In this document: positions 12,976-64,000 of the stretch, piece after piece
Numbering within the stretch: the stretch's first letter is position 1
Layout: each line of letters starts with the position of its first letter
Assembly: GCA_038087875.1 (NCBI GenBank)
Contig: CM075978.1
Span: 52,452,001 to 52,516,000 of the forward strand
Length of the DNA stretch: 64,000 nucleotides
Direction of reading: 5' to 3'
Source of the DNA: Malacoraja senta
Lineage: Eukaryota
Made by a program: the position numbers and the translations under genes
The notes under the pieces: generated by a model
The model's input: the letters and a program-made list of their open reading frames with translations, nothing else
Told to the model about the DNA's origin: nothing
The model's database searches: none

Positions 12976-14125
12976 ATTGAAATAACATATCTTAAGCAAA
13001 CTCTTACAAATGATCTGCTGCAACTTATCTCAGATCAATTTTCTGCATTTTCTCCTACGACAGATGCTAAGCGTCTGACTTTCAGTTTACTGCTTCCTGC
13101 TTCCCTCCGTCTTTGAATAAAGAACTTATATTTGCAATCCAATGGAGCCTTCCCCAAATCCAGTGAACAGTAGAACATTAAAACCAACAGTTACACCAGT
13201 ATGTAATGTGCACAGTAAAACCAGATGCAACATTACCTGGCGTGATGTCTGAATACTACCTGTTTGCAAGAGTCAAGAGTGTTATATTATCATATGTCCT
13301 GAAACAGATCAATGATATTCCCACACGCAGCAGCACAAGATATGCATGATGCGATAACTTATCAAATGTTACAATTAATGCCTGGCATCATCGTGTCGAT
13401 ATGCTCCACGGATACCGCTGTTGCATGGTGTAGATCGTTTGCGATTATTACACGGTATAATGTTTAAATACGTAATTGTTAGCAATGGAAGTATAGTATA
13501 ATCTGTATTGCCTACCCGCACTCATTATATGATACACAGATATGGTCCCACCACACCTAGTTTGCTATTATTACACGGCGTGTCTTAACAACCCGCTTAC
13601 AATTAATGCCGCGATATCTGCCTGTACCCTAGATGCGATTATTACATGGTGCAATGTTTTAACAATTATTGCACGGTGCATTCTAATCACCGATTTGCAA
13701 ATGCTTGATGGTTTAGTGCCTTAATTCTACCCGTCTGCAATTAATAACGTGCTGTAATTTATCCATGGATTACACTGCGCAAATTGTAACTAGTCCTTGT
13801 TTGCAGTTATTCTCCGTCGCAATGTTTGATGACTCCCTGTGTGTGCCTGGATAGAGTCACGTTGTGCCTGGTGCATCTTTCACTGGAGAATACAGTGTGC
13901 GCCCCTGTCGCCGGGTCAATGCCTTGAGAGTAGTTGTGTGTGGTTGGCGGTGCGTGTAGTAACCAGGGGTTGGTTGTGGTGACTGGGTTCTGGCTTGTCT
14001 CCCCCCCTCCCTCCCTCCCCCTCCTCTCTCCCTCTCCTTGGTTTACCGCTCCCTTGCTTTGCCTCACCAGTCGAGAGAGACAGCTGTGTCAAACTGTAGC
14101 GCTCTGCAAATTCCACCCGGTCCAG

Positions 14126-61705
<47,580 letters not shown>

Positions 61706-62648
61706 AGGAACAAGTCTGTTGTGTTCCACGGGGGAGAAGCGAGGCCTCCCACACTTTGTTCCCGAGCTCCGGTATTCACTGCAGTAGTTTAGCCACTGGG
61801 ATCGTAGGTATGGACTCACGCTGAAAGTCAGGTTCACTTTATGGTTGATTTATTGTTCCAGCCCTCCCAAAATTGAGCAGGTAGCGTCCTCTGGATTGTA
61901 AACCCTGTTGTGAATGTACAAAAGGGTGTTGTTGCTGAGGAAAGGAAAATTATTTAGGCAGGTCCTGGAGTTTAGTGGGAGGAAGCAAGGTTGTTGCAGT
62001 GCGGAGTGTAGTGATCCCCTCGTATTGTGAAGCCAATAACTGTGAGAGTTGGGAATACCTCCCCGCTGAACACTGGGCTGTGGGTCAGTGTGTGCAGTTT
62101 ACACAAGGCTACCTACTGGTTTCAGTCACGCCTGGTTGCTGAGACACTCCCACACTGGAGAGCAGGGGCTGAATCAGCCACGTTGGTAGATGGGTTGCGT
62201 CTCGCCATCTGCCTTCACTTGCCTTGTTGCTTTTTCTTGCTGAGACTTGTGGTGTCGAGTCCAAATTTTTGTGTTGGGTGAACAGAAGGGTGGCGGGAAG
62301 CATTAGGATCACATTCAAAGTTGCATTGCCTCTCCTTTCTCCACCCCCCCCCCACCCCCATCTCTCCCCCTACCCCCAGCTGTATAGAAATAGAAAACAA
62401 AAAATGCAGATGCTGGAAATCTGAAAAGAAAAAAAAATGTAAACGCTGGTATTGTCTGTCAGGTCAGGAAGTGTCCCTCACCACAGTTGCTGCCTGACCC
62501 GCTGAATATTCTAGCTATATTTTAAGCTCCGCTGGTGTGGAGGCATTGTTGCACCTTATAGTTAGAGCTGTGGGTTCCTCTGCTATATGTGAGGTAGTTT
62601 AAAGGGCTGGCGTACTCACATTGAGAAGACTGTACCAAACCACTGCCC

Positions 62649-62654
62649 AATAAA
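62649..62654 (+). terminator. Candidate CLEC18 polyadenylation signal
   Basis: AATAAA about 945 nt after the stop codon, with ATTAAA at 62674-62679. No transcript data. Confidence 0.45.
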
Positions 62655-64000
62655 CGAATGAACATTGTGTCAAATTAAATGTTTTCATTACAGCAGGCCT
62701 CTTTAATGGTCAAAAGATGTAAAAATTCTTACTAAAATAACACATTTGATGTTGCAAAGTGTTGTGCAGAAATTCACAGCATAGCATCGCAGCTGTTTCC
62801 GTCTCCACTGAAAGCTGAACTGACTTTGTCCAACGTGTGATGATCTGCTTTGCAAGGAACAGAAAACTGCCCGCCAGGATTAATAAGCCATCATATTTCC
62901 TGATCATCTTCGGTCCCTTCCCTACCTCCCCACGTGTTGTTTGTCTCCAGAATTACACTGGACTGTCTCAAGCCCATCAGCCCAAGGTCTCGGCATAATG
63001 ATTCATTGAAAACCTCAGCCTTGTGCGACTTGCTGGTTATTTCTCCGATAGAATTATGGAATGTTTGCAACATATAATGAGATCATTTAGCCCTAGTGTC
63101 TGTTCTGGTATTCAGACCACCCAACCTAATCTCATCTTCCAGCATCCGATCCACATCCGGAAAAAACTATGCACTGTTGAAATGTATTGACGGCTTCTGG
63201 CGTCTGTTCTCCTTGGAGGCAGTGAGTTTCAGTCACATATTGTCTCATCTCTCTTCTAATTACTTTACTTCTTTCTCCCTAGGGTAAGAAAAATAGGTCC
63301 TTCAGATTTACTAGGTTTAGATCCCTGACTTATCCAGTATTTTCCCCATTGCTAACATTTCCCAGTCCTGGTAACACCAATGTAAATCTTCTCTCCGCCC
63401 TCAGTTCTTCCGCCTTCCGCCTTCTCTCCACCACCATTCTTTCATGTAATGTGGTGACCGATACTGCATGTCGTATTTGAGCTATGACTTGACAAGTGTT
63501 TGTACAGTTCTAGAATAACCACCTTTCTCATATGTTCTGTGTCTTACCGAATAAAGGAAAGTTTCCCTTATACCTGCTTAACCATCTAGTTGATTTAAAG
63601 AATCCATGGATACACACTACAAGGTCTCTCCATTGCCCAAACAAAGCAATAATCTACAATTTATCATAAATTACCATTACACTCCCCACAAGCAAGCTAC
63701 ACACTTCATAAGATCATAAGTGTGACACCCGTTCTAATCAAGAAATGATCGATGTTCAGTGTGAACCCGGAGTGCTGAAGGGCCTGTTTCCATGCTGTAT
63801 ATTTCAATCAACACAGCATGCTGGCAACAGGGTGTTGGACTCAATATTGAAAAGATAGCATCATATTTTCTTACAACATAAAAGAAGGTGTTTGGGTCAT
63901 CAAGTCACTGCCTGCTCTTAGAACAATGCCATTGCCACACTAATTTTCCTTGTCTTCCCTTCTCGCCACAATCCTATCATCTCAGGGGTTATGGGGAGAA

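Noticed and set aside
62700-63290. Exons of a convergent neighbouring gene
   Set aside because: The short ORFs have no recognisable protein similarity or consistent splice signals.

Overview
Eukaryotic, repeat-rich vertebrate DNA, most likely from a cartilaginous fish (inferred from HE1-type V-SINEs and their CR1 partner LINE; the species cannot be determined). There is one host gene: a complete 12-coding-exon CLEC18 orthologue on the + strand (ATG 14126 to TGA 61705, 1302 nt, 433 aa). Its domains are signal peptide, CAP/SCP, two EGF-like and a C-type lectin with QPD/WND motifs. All 11 introns are GT-AG with compatible phases, and intron 2 is 25.35 kb. Upstream is a full-length, young L1 (5626-11929, 14-bp TSD) whose only visible lesion is one frameshifting deletion in ORF2. 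Intron 5 holds a very young Penelope-like element (43989-45884, 15-bp TSD, RT plus GIY-YIG ORF, 498-bp near-perfect inverted arm). The most interesting system is a swarm of more than 25 short (about 75-330 bp), often fold-back inserts. They are the 3' ends of at least two Penelope families, carry a minimal hammerhead-ribozyme-like core (CTGAAGA-hairpin-GAAAC-GTH), often have 8-17 bp TSDs, and tend to invert at that core. Also present: CR1, Rex1/Babar and Tx1 LINE remnants, V-SINEs, Deu-type SINEs, Harbinger-like and Tigger-like MITEs, degenerate minisatellites and a 200-N gap. Repeat family names come from motif recognition, not database searches, and repeat boundaries without a TSD are approximate.
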